Sequence record: DRR723986_4815
Length of the DNA: 64,000 bases
Direction: 5' to 3' (one strand)
The notes beneath the pieces were generated by a model, which was given only the letters and a program-made list of their open reading frames with translations, searched no databases and had not been told where the DNA came from. Made by a program: the position numbers and the translations under genes. How positions within the stretch are numbered: position 1 is the stretch's first letter; the number at the start of each line of letters is the position of its first letter. Below are positions 39,101 to 48,838 of this stretch, in pieces.

Positions 39101-41677
39101 ATCTCTGTAGTTGACTCTTTGCTGCATCGAACGAGTGAGTTGGTCGTCCGCGTTGTCGATGCGGAAGGGAATCCGGTTCCCGATGCTACGGTCGATGTTG
39201 CGATGGATCGACATGCGTTCAAGTTTGGGACTCAGGTTCGCGATCGCATGTTTGCAATCACCGAGGCTGAATTTGAGGCGCTCAGCGATGTCCAGCGGCA
39301 GAATCTTCTGCCCAACTTAGAAGCAAGTTTTGGTATTCCGCGAGTCACACCGACTTGGCAAGACGTCCTCAATTATCGCGGTGCAGTCTTACGAGAGTTT
39401 AACCACGTTGTGCCAACCACCGGCATGCAGTGGGTTTCATTGCGCAACAACGGGCCCAGCGCAGTGGATGCCGCCCTTGAACTGGCACAAGACCATGGCC
39501 TTACTACCACAGGTGCATCGGTTGTTTGGCAGCGTGATCGCTGGCCGACGCCGCCGGAGTTTCGTTCCAGTGCGAGCCCGGACGCTGCTGTATTTCATGA
39601 CGCACTAATCCGCGATCGGTTAGCCTCCGGTGGTGTGCTGAGCCGCTTTAGCGATCTCGGCGACGGTCCGGCGGTCAGCGATTGGAAGCTGCTGAACGAA
39701 CCACTGCACGAGAGTTACTATGCGGACACTTTTGTAGCCGCGGGAATCTACCAGTCTGAAGTTGAGGCCCTGGTGGATTACTTCGCAAGAGCTCGGCAAG
39801 TGCGGCCCGAGGCGACGCTTTCGATCAATGAATTCAATATTCTCAACGCACCAAATGACTTGGCCGCCATCGAGTATCGAGACTTTGTGAACGATCTGCT
39901 CGACGCCGGGGCGTCAATTGACCGTATCGGTGTGCAGGCTCACATTTCACGCAGAGACCTGACGAAAGAAGATCTCGTTCGCCGGCTCGACATCCTGGCC
40001 GAAACGGGGTTGGCCATCGAGATCAGTGAATTCGATTCACGTGACGATGCAGGGCAGCTCAACGCCGCGCAGCAACAGCAAGTTTTTTCGGACCTCCTTG
40101 AAGCAGCGTTTGAGCACCCAGCCGTTGATGGGTTCATCATGTGGGGAGTTTGGGATACAGCGCATTGGAGAGGCAACGCTCCACTTTATGACGCAGATTG
40201 GAATGTAAAGGACGAAGCTGCTCCTTGGTTTGATCTGGTGCGAGGTGAGTGGATGACTGGCGTTGATGGCGCGGAGGTCGACCAGAGCGGGCAGTGGCAG
40301 AGTGACGAACGGCTGGTCGACGGTACCTATACTGTCACGGCTCGATCCGCCGATGGTCGTCAGCAGACTCAAGTGTATGAGCTGACCGACGACGGTGTGC
40401 TGACGATTGAACTTGAGAATCCCGAGCTGTTTTTGTCGATCGCAGCCGATTCGATTCAGGAAAATGGCGGTACAGCGGATGTGACTCTTTCGCGCACCGG
40501 GGATAAAAGTAGTCCTTTGCAGGTAATGTTGCGATCTAGCGACACTGGTGAGGCGACGGTTCCGGCGACCGTCGTAATACCAGCCGGGCAAAGTGAAGTT
40601 CAGTTTTCGGTCAGCCCCGCAGATGATCAGATCGTCGATGGAACACAAACGGCTACCGTTTTTGCTTCTGCGACCGGATATCAGCAAGCTTCCGATAGTA
40701 TTTTGGTGCAGGACGACGACGTTGCAGCGCTGGAGCTTTCAATTGAAAAGACCGTGCTCCAAGAAAACAGCTCCGCTTCACTGGCCAGGGTTACTCGCAA
40801 TGTCAATTTCGGCGATGAATTGATAGTGTCGCTTTCCTCGAGTGATACTACCGAGGCGACCGTGCCTGCGACGGTGTTGATTCCAGCGGGCGAGACCTTC
40901 GTTGAATTTCAGGTTCTTCCAGTTGATGATCTTTTGGCCGATGGTTCACAGATGGTAACAATTGGCGCGAGCGCGACGGGATACGACTCCGACGCAGCAG
41001 ACATCCAAGTGGATGATAATGACGAAGCCAAGCTGATACTGGTCGTTGATGTCAGCCGTCTTGATGAGAACGGTGGCCGTGGTCAAGCAACCATTTTCCG
41101 AAATACGCCTGCCACGGAAGCGCTAGTCGTTCAGCTTCAGAGTGATGTTGATGAGCGACTGCAGTACCCGACGGAGGTTACAATTCTTCCAGGTGAGTCG
41201 TCGGCTTCGTCCGAGATTCAAGCAATTGATAACGACTTGGTTGATGGTGATGTCGCAATCAAGCTGACGGCGACAGCCAACTCGCACTTGGCAGACAGCG
41301 AGACTTTGCAGGTAACCGACGACGATCGTTGGGGCTGGACGAATCTCATCGATCGGCTGGATGTCAACAATGATGGGTTTGTCGCACCTGGCGATGTCCT
41401 ATTGATTATCAACTATATCAACTCAGGTGCACCTGCTTTGCTACCTGAACTAACATCCGCGGCCCCCGCCCTGTACGACGTCAATGCGGACGGTTTTGCA
41501 ACGCCACTAGATGCTCTGCTGATTATCAACGATCTCAATAGCACTGCCGAAGGCGAATCGTCGCCAATTGGAATTGGGGTGCCGAGGTATTTGACTGAAT
41601 CTTTCCCGGCGCTGTCCGATGACGAGCTTCACAAACGACGCCTGCGATGGCTCGACGACTACTTTGCAGATTATTAG
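36188..41677 (+). CDS. large secreted multidomain carbohydrate-active protein: pectin-lyase-like beta-helix, GH10-like domain, Calx-beta repeats, dockerin-like C-terminus
   Basis: ERLEPRVVLAA N-terminus; DFSAAGY...GDDTAHIQAAID...SGILLQGAG; LNEP, IGVQAH, ISEFD, WGVWD; repeated SSDTxEATVPATVxIPAG; LDVNNDGFVAPGDVL/YDVNADGFATPLDAL. Confidence 0.88.
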   Translation: MQPRKRLRGSKVSTKSRRCRLFERLEPRVVLAAGVAVADFQFTNHGLNGQTELFSRDSHAASVASDISSPLPLGSTGNGEPPRGLALGGAFNETSEPTPANNTSDYFTFTIAPETGESLDLHDLSFSVRRNDPDSKNSFAVYFDEDPGASGDNFATKLFAGVVTSEDRFERFTVPLEGIAEFTALTQPFTFRYYAWGTEGVGTQRIDNVRVRAVAETVSSSEFAYYGDSGRLINPLDARGNRIADFSAAGYHNGERPIPNVLELVDASRVVQVAPVAGDDTAHIQAAIDQVAAMPVNASGFRGVVQLSAGEFQVSGTLEILESGILLQGAGDGDDPATSTILRGTGTEQRSLLRIGQASGFASGTGGSRNILDKYVPVGATSFRVDSTTNWDVGDKIIVRRPSTAEWIAALGMDQIPPRSDGGEVRQWQAGDYDELYERVITRIDGNLVHINAPLHSALDQEYGGGTAFEYVFPRIREVGVEGIRGVSDFASDTDEDHARTFIELQAVEDAWVKNVTGQHFVYATVHATGRSIRVTVDDAESLDPKSLITGARRYPFVIDGQFILMRNLYSEEGRHDFVNNSRYRNRGPNVFLDGVAVNSHSSTGPHQRFSTGTLYDTITTDNETEARNRGNFGSGHGWGGANMVFWNNIATRYRVQNPPTAQNWLIGSVGTIVDEQRFGPQPPPTVDAHGTPIDFGDPRNPTSSLYVAQRNRADDDNALGLSRREYVLGDFDLGQFDGLASDDSVFVDATWMSQVAGIAGSLPVEVSDQSTDGHVVPLSFEFPLGQQQSVFAAVLTLGLRGTGGPTADDTLYFDSLGDARTLQSLGASQLAVGTTTPLTVELTGEDLVLLDDGLLNLAISGNTALDWAHLDLRVGIQQSLSLDLSADTVRENGSVSGRVTIDRAVDYPVVVSLTSSNIQEASVPATVEIPAGQTQSAEFAILGVDEGRFDAVESVTITATAAQHTLASSTISVVDSLLHRTSELVVRVVDAEGNPVPDATVDVAMDRHAFKFGTQVRDRMFAITEAEFEALSDVQRQNLLPNLEASFGIPRVTPTWQDVLNYRGAVLREFNHVVPTTGMQWVSLRNNGPSAVDAALELAQDHGLTTTGASVVWQRDRWPTPPEFRSSASPDAAVFHDALIRDRLASGGVLSRFSDLGDGPAVSDWKLLNEPLHESYYADTFVAAGIYQSEVEALVDYFARARQVRPEATLSINEFNILNAPNDLAAIEYRDFVNDLLDAGASIDRIGVQAHISRRDLTKEDLVRRLDILAETGLAIEISEFDSRDDAGQLNAAQQQQVFSDLLEAAFEHPAVDGFIMWGVWDTAHWRGNAPLYDADWNVKDEAAPWFDLVRGEWMTGVDGAEVDQSGQWQSDERLVDGTYTVTARSADGRQQTQVYELTDDGVLTIELENPELFLSIAADSIQENGGTADVTLSRTGDKSSPLQVMLRSSDTGEATVPATVVIPAGQSEVQFSVSPADDQIVDGTQTATVFASATGYQQASDSILVQDDDVAALELSIEKTVLQENSSASLARVTRNVNFGDELIVSLSSSDTTEATVPATVLIPAGETFVEFQVLPVDDLLADGSQMVTIGASATGYDSDAADIQVDDNDEAKLILVVDVSRLDENGGRGQATIFRNTPATEALVVQLQSDVDERLQYPTEVTILPGESSASSEIQAIDNDLVDGDVAIKLTATANSHLADSETLQVTDDDRWGWTNLIDRLDVNNDGFVAPGDVLLIINYINSGAPALLPELTSAAPALYDVNADGFATPLDALLIINDLNSTAEGESSPIGIGVPRYLTESFPALSDDELHKRRLRWLDDYFADY

Positions 41678-41707
41678 GCCGCAACTATCACAAGTCGCGA
41701 CCATTTT

Positions 41708-41758
41708 TAGACGGCGACTGCTTCTAGACGGCGACTGCTTCTAGAGGGCGACTGCTTC
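41708..41758. repeat. 17-bp tandem repeat x3 (TAGACGGCGACTGCTTC)
   Basis: Copies at 41708, 41725 and 41742 (one mismatch in the third), with no spacers, between convergent genes. Confidence 0.9.
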
Positions 41759-41785
41759 TTGAGAGCAACGTCGCGTGGACAATCG

Positions 41786-42211
41786 CTAGTCTTTGTTGAT
41801 GTGTTCGGTAATCCAGCTTTCCAGTTCCCCCCAATCCACGGGCGGCAACTGGGAAAGGTCGGGCCGCAGCTTCACTGCATCATGGATATAGACGTGGTGA
41901 ATCTCGCTCTGGGCTTTTTCTGTATTCCAGTGGAGCATGATACGGATGCACATTGGCAGCGAACCGGGCACCTCGATTTCGTAGCCGCACAGCAGCGGTA
42001 CTTCGATCCAGCCAAGCTGGCGAGCAGCAAGGGCCGGGAATTCAGCGTCCAAGTCTCGCGTGACGGTAAAGGTAGCACTGGCCACATCGCTGGATTCAAT
42101 ACCGTTTCGGCGAATGATTAGTGCCAGCATCTGCCGGGTCGCCAGGAGAATTTCCTCACGAGTATTGCTCTTAACCGTGGTGGCACCACGCACTCCGCGG
42201 CAGAAGTTCAT
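41786..42211 (-). CDS. aroH: chorismate mutase, AroH class
   Basis: [34 protein letters not shown]...LRPDL. ATG at 42211. Confidence 0.93.
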   Translation of the reverse strand: MNFCRGVRGATTVKSNTREEILLATRQMLALIIRRNGIESSDVASATFTVTRDLDAEFPALAARQLGWIEVPLLCGYEIEVPGSLPMCIRIMLHWNTEKAQSEIHHVYIHDAVKLRPDLSQLPPVDWGELESWITEHINKD

Positions 42212-42456
42212 GGGATTTTCCTCGTGAAAACTTTGCAAAGCGACCGATTGTCAGGCATTGGGACTAAGGTGGGGCCCATTCTCTCCGACGGTTGTCAGCT
42301 CTAAAATATCTGTCACGCAAAATTAACCCACCCATGGAGGATATACCAGTCCTCCACCGGCTTTAGGGACGTTTTGGCGGTTTACCTGCATTCGACTTCA
42401 CCCCGCGCGACCGCGCGGCCAATTTGCGACTCGACCGAAATCCACGCACTAGCACT

Positions 42457-43932
42457 ATGGCCAACGAAGAGACCCTGGATCAAGAGTCCGGAATCGACCC
42501 GAAGGAATTCTCCGTACTGGTCGTCGATAACGACAAGGCGCATGCGCGTGCGATGACCGAAAGTCTGGAGAGATTGGGATACCGATGCACAGTGGCAACC
42601 GGTGGGCCCGAAGGAGTCCAAGCGCTCGACAAGGGTAATTACAACGTCGTCGTCACGGATTTGGTGATGAACGATGTGGATGGCATGGGAGTTTTGCGGA
42701 AAGCAAAGAGCGTGTTGCCAGACGCAGAGGTTGTCATGGTGACTGGTCACGCCACGGTGCCTACGGCGGTTGAGGCGATGCAGCACGGCGCGTTCAACTT
42801 CTTGGAAAAGCCGATCACTCCCGCTCGACTAAGGGCGGTAACTGCCAAAGCGGCCGAAGCGTGCCTCCTGAGACAGACGAACACAGAGCTGCGGCAGAGG
42901 CTGGACGAAAAATTTGGCTTCGAAGGGATTATCTACGCCAGTCCCAAGATGCAAGAAGTCATCGACCGACTCAAACGTATCGCTCCGACCGATGCGACGG
43001 TGCTGATAACCGGCGAGAGTGGTACGGGTAAGGAAATGATTGCCCAGGCGATCCACCAGAACTCGCCGCGCAAGAACAAACGCATGAAAGCGCTCAACGT
43101 GCGTGCGGTCTCGGAAACGCTGGTGGAAAGCGAGTTATTCGGGCACATCAAAGGCGCGTTTACAGATGCAGCCAGCGACCGAGTGGGCGCGTTCGAATAC
43201 GCCGATGGCGGTACGCTCTTTCTGGATGAGGTCGGCGATATGCCGATGAACACCCAGATTAAGTTGCTGCGAGTGCTGGAGGAGCATCGAATCACGCGTG
43301 TTGGCGACAACAAATCCATCAAAGTAAATTGTCGGTTGCTGAGTGCGACGAATCGACCGCTCGAGGAGATGGTCGAAGAAGGAACGTTTCGCAACGACCT
43401 TTACTATCGACTGAATATCGTGACGGTGCATCTTCCTGCTTTGCGTGAGCGTCCCGAAGACGTCGTGCCTTTGATGGACCACTTTCGCAAGATGTTTATT
43501 CGCCGTCATGGGAAGGCTCAGTGTGCTTTCGCTCCTGCGGTGACGCGTCGTTTTTACTCCTACCAGTGGCCGGGCAACATTCGGCAGTTACGCAACTTCG
43601 TAGAGACCATGGTTGTCCTCGACACAGACGGAGTGCTTGATGTCGACGATTTGCCACCAGAATTGTCCGAGGCGGGTGACAGTGGTTCCAGCGATCAGAG
43701 TGATGCGGCTGCATTGCCCGCTGCCGCCGAGACCAATTTGATCGGTCGGCCGATGGCTGAGATCGAAAGATGGGCTATTGAAGAGACCCTCAGTCTTACG
43801 GCAGGCAATCGCGAGGAAGCTGCTAAAATTCTGGGAATCGGTTCTCGGACGCTCTACAGGAAACTGGACAAGTACAAGCAAGAGGCGGATGAGCAGCCCG
43901 CCGAGGATGGTCAGTCGGACGCAGACGCTTGA
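42457..43932 (+). CDS. sigma54-dependent response regulator (NtrC/AtoC family)
   Basis: Receiver domain (VLVVDND, VTDLVM, FLEKP), GESGTGKE, ESELFGH, GAFTDA, LFLDE, WPGNIRQL and a Fis-type HTH. Confidence 0.93.
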   Translation: MANEETLDQESGIDPKEFSVLVVDNDKAHARAMTESLERLGYRCTVATGGPEGVQALDKGNYNVVVTDLVMNDVDGMGVLRKAKSVLPDAEVVMVTGHATVPTAVEAMQHGAFNFLEKPITPARLRAVTAKAAEACLLRQTNTELRQRLDEKFGFEGIIYASPKMQEVIDRLKRIAPTDATVLITGESGTGKEMIAQAIHQNSPRKNKRMKALNVRAVSETLVESELFGHIKGAFTDAASDRVGAFEYADGGTLFLDEVGDMPMNTQIKLLRVLEEHRITRVGDNKSIKVNCRLLSATNRPLEEMVEEGTFRNDLYYRLNIVTVHLPALRERPEDVVPLMDHFRKMFIRRHGKAQCAFAPAVTRRFYSYQWPGNIRQLRNFVETMVVLDTDGVLDVDDLPPELSEAGDSGSSDQSDAAALPAAAETNLIGRPMAEIERWAIEETLSLTAGNREEAAKILGIGSRTLYRKLDKYKQEADEQPAEDGQSDADA

Positions 43933-44042
43933 GGTTTAAGCGTTTAGCGTGGGTGGCCGTTGGAAGTGGTCGCCGAAGTGGAATCATAGCTCGGAGCCAA
44001 GCTGTTTAAGGCTGCTCCAATCATTATCCGTAGGGAAGCACG

Positions 44043-46070
44043 ATGCCGACTATTCGTCAGTTGCCACAGAGTTTGATCAACAAGATCGCTGCTGGTGAAG
44101 TGATCGAACGACCAGCGAGCGTCGTCAAAGAGCTACTGGAAAATAGCGTCGATTCAGGCGCGACAGCCATCGAGCTGACCATCGAGGGTGGCGGCATCGA
44201 CATGATCCGGATTTCGGATAACGGCTGTGGGATTTCTGAAGAGCAGATTCCGTTAGCCATCGCCAGCCACGCGACCAGCAAATTGGAGTCGGCCGACGAT
44301 CTCTTTGATGTCCATACACTTGGTTTTCGTGGAGAAGCACTTGCGTCGATTTCAGAGGTTAGCCACCTGACCCTGAAGACGCGGACCGAGAAAGATGACG
44401 CTGGCAACGAGATCTCCGTTCGCGGAGGCGAGCGGACACCCATTGTGCCGTGCGGTTGTCCAGTTGGGACGAGCATCGAAGTCAGGCATCTGTTCTTTAA
44501 CACTCCGGTGCGGCGAAAGTTCTTGAAGACGCCGCAGACGGAAGCTGGGCACATTACAGAGGCCTTTACGCGAATCGCACTGGCATTTCCAAGTGTCGCG
44601 TTTGTGATGAAGAGTGGGAATCGCGTTTCATACGACTTGCCAGCGACTGATTCGTGGAAGGATCGCATCCGAGCCTTCTTTGGCGATGAAATTGCCAATT
44701 CCTTGATGGCCGTCGAAAGCGCTCAAGCGGAGTCCAGCTTGTCGGGCTACGTGGCCGATCCAACGGTCAGTCGCAGCAATAACCGGATGCAGTACATTTT
44801 CTTGAACGGCCGTCACATTAAGGACCGTTCACTTCAACACGCGCTTGCGGAAGCCTATCGCGGGCTCTTGATGGTTGGTCGCTTCCCAGTTTGCTTCCTG
44901 CGTCTAGAAGTGCCACCGGATCAGGTGGATGTTAACGTTCACCCGACCAAGATGGAAGTTCGTTTCCAAGAGAGTGGCAAGCTTTACAGTCAGTTGCTCA
45001 AGACGCTGCGCCATGAATTCTTGACCACGGATTTGACGGCTCGCGCTCGCCACGTTCCTGGTCCAGTGCCAAAGGGGCTGAGGCCTGAGGAAGACAAGAC
45101 TTCCGGTAGTGCCAGCGAATCGAAGTCAGCCGATGTCGTGGTGCCACCGTCGGTATCCAGCGAAGATAGCCGTTGGAATTCACACGCAGAATCTATATCG
45201 CAGGTTCAGCCCGCGGCGTCAGGCTCGCCTGCTGTTGGAGGTGACCTGGGGTTAAAAGACGCCGTTCCCCCTTTCCGCCCGTTCGAGCAGACTCCACCGC
45301 GTATCCAAGGACACTCAATTCCACCGGGAGCCAGAGAGTGGTCAGCAGATCAACCCGTTGGGACGCTCGACTTGCCGCCGATTCCTGCGGCTGGTGACGA
45401 GACTGAGGCTTCTAGCCAGACTTCGCAAGAAACAGACGCTCTAGGCCCCGCGCCTGCATTGGTTGGCGATGCAGCTCATGCTGACGACAGCTCTGAAGCA
45501 AGCCATTTGGGTTACCAGGTTCACAATCGATATTTGATCACTCAAGACGAAGACGGCATGGTCGTCGTCGACCAGCACGCGCTGCATGAACGGATTCTGT
45601 ATGAGCAGTTGCGTCATAAGACCGAGACGAAGACGCTTGAGAGTCAGCGATTGCTTGTGCCAGAACCGCTGGATTTGACACCAAGCGAAGCTGCCGCAGC
45701 CGTCGAACACCAAGAGATTCTCAAGACCATCGGAATCGAGATCGAACCCTTTGGCGGCGATACCATTCTGATGACCAGCTACCCTGCGATGCTGGCGAAC
45801 ATGAGGCCAATTGAGGTTCTGCGGCAAGTGCTTGAGCCGCTGATGAGCGGTGGCAAGAAACCGGATGCTCGCGAGCTGCTCGATGAACTGCTGAACATGC
45901 TTGCCTGCAAGGCGGCAATCAAGGCGGGCGATAAACTTTCCGGCGATGAGATTACCGCGCTGCTTGAACAGCGCTATCATTACAATGATACTCACCATTG
46001 TCCGCACGGTAGGCCCACTGCCCTGCACTTCAGCCGCGAACAGCTCGACAAGATGTTCAAGCGCACCTAG
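44043..46070 (+). CDS. mutL: DNA mismatch repair endonuclease MutL
   Basis: IAAGEVIERPASVVKELLENS, GFRGEAL, DVNVHPTK, DQHALHERILYE, ACK, CPHGRP. Confidence 0.98.
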   Translation: MPTIRQLPQSLINKIAAGEVIERPASVVKELLENSVDSGATAIELTIEGGGIDMIRISDNGCGISEEQIPLAIASHATSKLESADDLFDVHTLGFRGEALASISEVSHLTLKTRTEKDDAGNEISVRGGERTPIVPCGCPVGTSIEVRHLFFNTPVRRKFLKTPQTEAGHITEAFTRIALAFPSVAFVMKSGNRVSYDLPATDSWKDRIRAFFGDEIANSLMAVESAQAESSLSGYVADPTVSRSNNRMQYIFLNGRHIKDRSLQHALAEAYRGLLMVGRFPVCFLRLEVPPDQVDVNVHPTKMEVRFQESGKLYSQLLKTLRHEFLTTDLTARARHVPGPVPKGLRPEEDKTSGSASESKSADVVVPPSVSSEDSRWNSHAESISQVQPAASGSPAVGGDLGLKDAVPPFRPFEQTPPRIQGHSIPPGAREWSADQPVGTLDLPPIPAAGDETEASSQTSQETDALGPAPALVGDAAHADDSSEASHLGYQVHNRYLITQDEDGMVVVDQHALHERILYEQLRHKTETKTLESQRLLVPEPLDLTPSEAAAAVEHQEILKTIGIEIEPFGGDTILMTSYPAMLANMRPIEVLRQVLEPLMSGGKKPDARELLDELLNMLACKAAIKAGDKLSGDEITALLEQRYHYNDTHHCPHGRPTALHFSREQLDKMFKRT

Positions 46071-46123
46071 CTATCACGCACTCACTGCGTCATTTTCGCG
46101 GTAGTGCAGGAATGTATGCTCCA

Positions 46124-47212
46124 ATGAATCCAAAATTTATCCTGATCGGTGGTTTTCTCGGTGCGGGCAAATCGACAACCGTAGCCAGGTTGGCAAAGCA
46201 TTACCAAGACCAGGGAAAACAGGTCGGAATCATTACCAACGATCAGACCAACGATTTGGTCGATACGCACTCGCTGGAAAACCAGGGCTTTGAGGTTGGT
46301 GAAGTTGCCGGTGCTTGTTTTTGTTGTAGTTTCAACGAGTTGACGGGGACGGTCGAGCAGCTTTCTAGCGAGCAACTGCCCGACGTGATTATTGCCGAGC
46401 CCGTGGGTAGTTGCACGGACTTAGTCGCCACTGTCATCAAGCCACTGCAAAGTGTCTATGAGCGACCGCTGGATATTGCGCCTTATGGTGTCATCTTGAA
46501 GCCAAGCCACGGGCAACGCATTCTGAGCGATACCGGCAGCGGATTCTCACCAAAGGCTGCATATATTTTTCGCAAGCAGATCGAAGAGTCGGACTTTGTC
46601 GTCGTTAACCGAATTGATGAGCTGTCCGATGAACAAGTTGGTGAACTGAAGCGGATGGTCCAGGCGGAGTACCCCGGACGGAAGGTAGTGCTGATGTCGG
46701 CGAAGACCGGTGAGGGCTTTGATCAGTACGTTCAGCAGATCAGCCAGCCATTGGAATCACGGACACGCGTTCTTGAGATGGACTACGACGTGTACGCTGA
46801 GGGGGAGGCCGAGTTGGGGTGGCTGAATAGTCAGGTGCACCTAGAGGCTTCGGCGGAATTTGAATTGGACGAGCAATTGTTGTGGATTGTTCACAGTTTG
46901 CACTCCAAAATGGTTGCTGGCGAAACGGAAGTCGCTCACCTGAAAGCGATCGGCATGTGGGATGGCAGCTACGCTGTCGCAAACGCGGTCTCTAATTTTA
47001 CCGCCCCAGAGCTTTCTTTGGCATCGGATATTACAACGCAAAGGGCCGACATCGTCGTCAACGCCCGCGTCGCCGCCGCTCCGGAGCTATTGCAGCAGCA
47101 CGTCCGGGCGACTCTGGAGGAGCTGGCGGAGAATGTCGGTGGGCAGATTGAAATCAAGACGATGCAGAGCTTTCGCCCAGGACGGCCCGAACCGACGCAC
47201 CGAATTGTCTAG
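46124..47212 (+). CDS. CobW/COG0523-like G3E GTPase (putative metallochaperone)
   Basis: GGFLGAGKST, ITND, GACFCC, AEPVGSC, NRID, SAKTGEG. Start is 46112 or 46124. Confidence 0.85.
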   Translation: MNPKFILIGGFLGAGKSTTVARLAKHYQDQGKQVGIITNDQTNDLVDTHSLENQGFEVGEVAGACFCCSFNELTGTVEQLSSEQLPDVIIAEPVGSCTDLVATVIKPLQSVYERPLDIAPYGVILKPSHGQRILSDTGSGFSPKAAYIFRKQIEESDFVVVNRIDELSDEQVGELKRMVQAEYPGRKVVLMSAKTGEGFDQYVQQISQPLESRTRVLEMDYDVYAEGEAELGWLNSQVHLEASAEFELDEQLLWIVHSLHSKMVAGETEVAHLKAIGMWDGSYAVANAVSNFTAPELSLASDITTQRADIVVNARVAAAPELLQQHVRATLEELAENVGGQIEIKTMQSFRPGRPEPTHRIV

Positions 47213-47317
47213 AGAACCGCTCTAGTCGGAAGAAACAGCTTGCCTGGCGGCCGCACATCGTGCCCCAGTTGCAGACACTGCGATGCTCCGGGCCAGTCTG
47301 CCGCAATGCTTAAAGTG

Positions 47318-48838
47318 TTAGGCGGCTGCGGAGGTGGTTGTCTTTTCCACGTTGAACTTCTGGGGCCGCTTGCGACGGTTCTTAACAACTGTCGTTGCGA
47401 CTCGGTCATCCAGATTGGGGCGGAAGATAGTAAGCAGCGTGAACGGCAAGAACCAAGACATGTAGAGTCCGCCACCATTGCCGTGCCAGAACTGAGCTGC
47501 CAGCATGATGGCTGAAGTGCAGCACATCAATGTTCCCAGGTGTTTACGGGAAGGCCAAAAGACGAACGATACGCTCAGGAGGATGAACCCCACCAGAACC
47601 GGTAGGCGAAAATCCGGCGGGATTCCATCTGCGCCCCAAATCCCTTCAAGGCCACCCATGCGAGGTCGCCAGAGTCCGAACATCCACCGGACATGCACAA
47701 TGAAGGCATCGAATCCTTGCAGCAGGAGCAAGCCAGAAAGCAGTGTGAGACTACCGCTGATCCCGGTAAGCAGTCGCGCTAGACCTCGGTGCCAGTAAAA
47801 GCTGATCCAAAGTGGCAGCAGAAACAGTGGGTAGTACACCAGTCCGGCAGCTAACCCCAGCAGGCTTCCCGATATCAGCGGTTGTCGATACGCCAGCATC
47901 GCCAGGATGAGTAAAGCAGCCGGAAGTACGTGCTGAAGGTTACCGGTCATTTGAGCCGTGTAAGGCAGCAGCAAATACATCACGGCACAGCCAATACCGG
48001 TTTGGACATTATCGAAGTGCCAATAGCCGACGCCAACAATTCCAAGCACGATGGCCAGGTTGGAAACAATGGCAAGAATCCTGGCTACGTTTGATACCCA
48101 GGGTGCTTGTGCCGTTGATGCAGCCTTCTGTTCTTCGGTCAGATCGCTAGAGTCTTGTGCCTTTCGCTCAAGCTTATCCGGTGTCGTGGGCAGGTTGGGT
48201 AGCATGTTAAGTAGTGCATAACCTGGTCCCAATCGCGGCCCTCGGAGTTCTTGTTCGTCTGGCGAACTGGTGATCACATTAGCCATCAGGAAGATGAACA
48301 ACGATACACCTATAAACGTCAGGCCGCCGATCGACAGATTCGGAACCAGTAGTGGCCGCCTGTTTAGGGCTGGATCCAGCAGCATCCGCAGCATGATCAG
48401 CCCGCAGGCGATCAGCAGCGCGACAAAGCCGTAGAACTCCATGCGTGTTCCAGCCGCTGCCGTGACCATTGGTGCAGCAGCATCTGCTGTCGTGCTCGGC
48501 TCCGATTCGCTCGCCACGTTGTCTGCGTTTGGAAGCGGGCTTGCTAAGTTGGAAGCTGTATCTGGTTCACGCTCGGCATCTAGATTGGCGAGCTGGGCAT
48601 CTTCCGGATTTTGCGAGGCGATCGGCGATTGGGCTGCGACGGACGATTCGGCCTGCTGTCGCCGACCTTCGTAAACCATCATCAATCCTGGTGACAGGAG
48701 GATGAGGAGGATAAGGTCAAGATTGCGAATACTGAAGAAGCGGTGAAAGACGAAATACAGACCAAGCAGGAGAAACGACGAATGGAAGACCCAAGTCGCC
48801 GGTTCAGGTCGCTGATAGTATAGAAGTAAGTCGCTCAT
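47318..48838 (-). CDS. multi-pass membrane protein, possibly GT-C fold glycosyltransferase-like
   Basis: Many hydrophobic segments; YLLLPYT, LLGLAAGLVYYP, QFWH...YMSWFLP resemble GT87-like proteins. Function uncertain. Confidence 0.6.
   Translation of the reverse strand: MSDLLLYYQRPEPATWVFHSSFLLLGLYFVFHRFFSIRNLDLILLILLSPGLMMVYEGRRQQAESSVAAQSPIASQNPEDAQLANLDAEREPDTASNLASPLPNADNVASESEPSTTADAAAPMVTAAAGTRMEFYGFVALLIACGLIMLRMLLDPALNRRPLLVPNLSIGGLTFIGVSLFIFLMANVITSSPDEQELRGPRLGPGYALLNMLPNLPTTPDKLERKAQDSSDLTEEQKAASTAQAPWVSNVARILAIVSNLAIVLGIVGVGYWHFDNVQTGIGCAVMYLLLPYTAQMTGNLQHVLPAALLILAMLAYRQPLISGSLLGLAAGLVYYPLFLLPLWISFYWHRGLARLLTGISGSLTLLSGLLLLQGFDAFIVHVRWMFGLWRPRMGGLEGIWGADGIPPDFRLPVLVGFILLSVSFVFWPSRKHLGTLMCCTSAIMLAAQFWHGNGGGLYMSWFLPFTLLTIFRPNLDDRVATTVVKNRRKRPQKFNVEKTTTSAAA

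Noticed and set aside
41708-41758. Possible mini-CRISPR
   Set aside because: Repeats abut with no spacers, are only 17 bp, and no cas genes are present.
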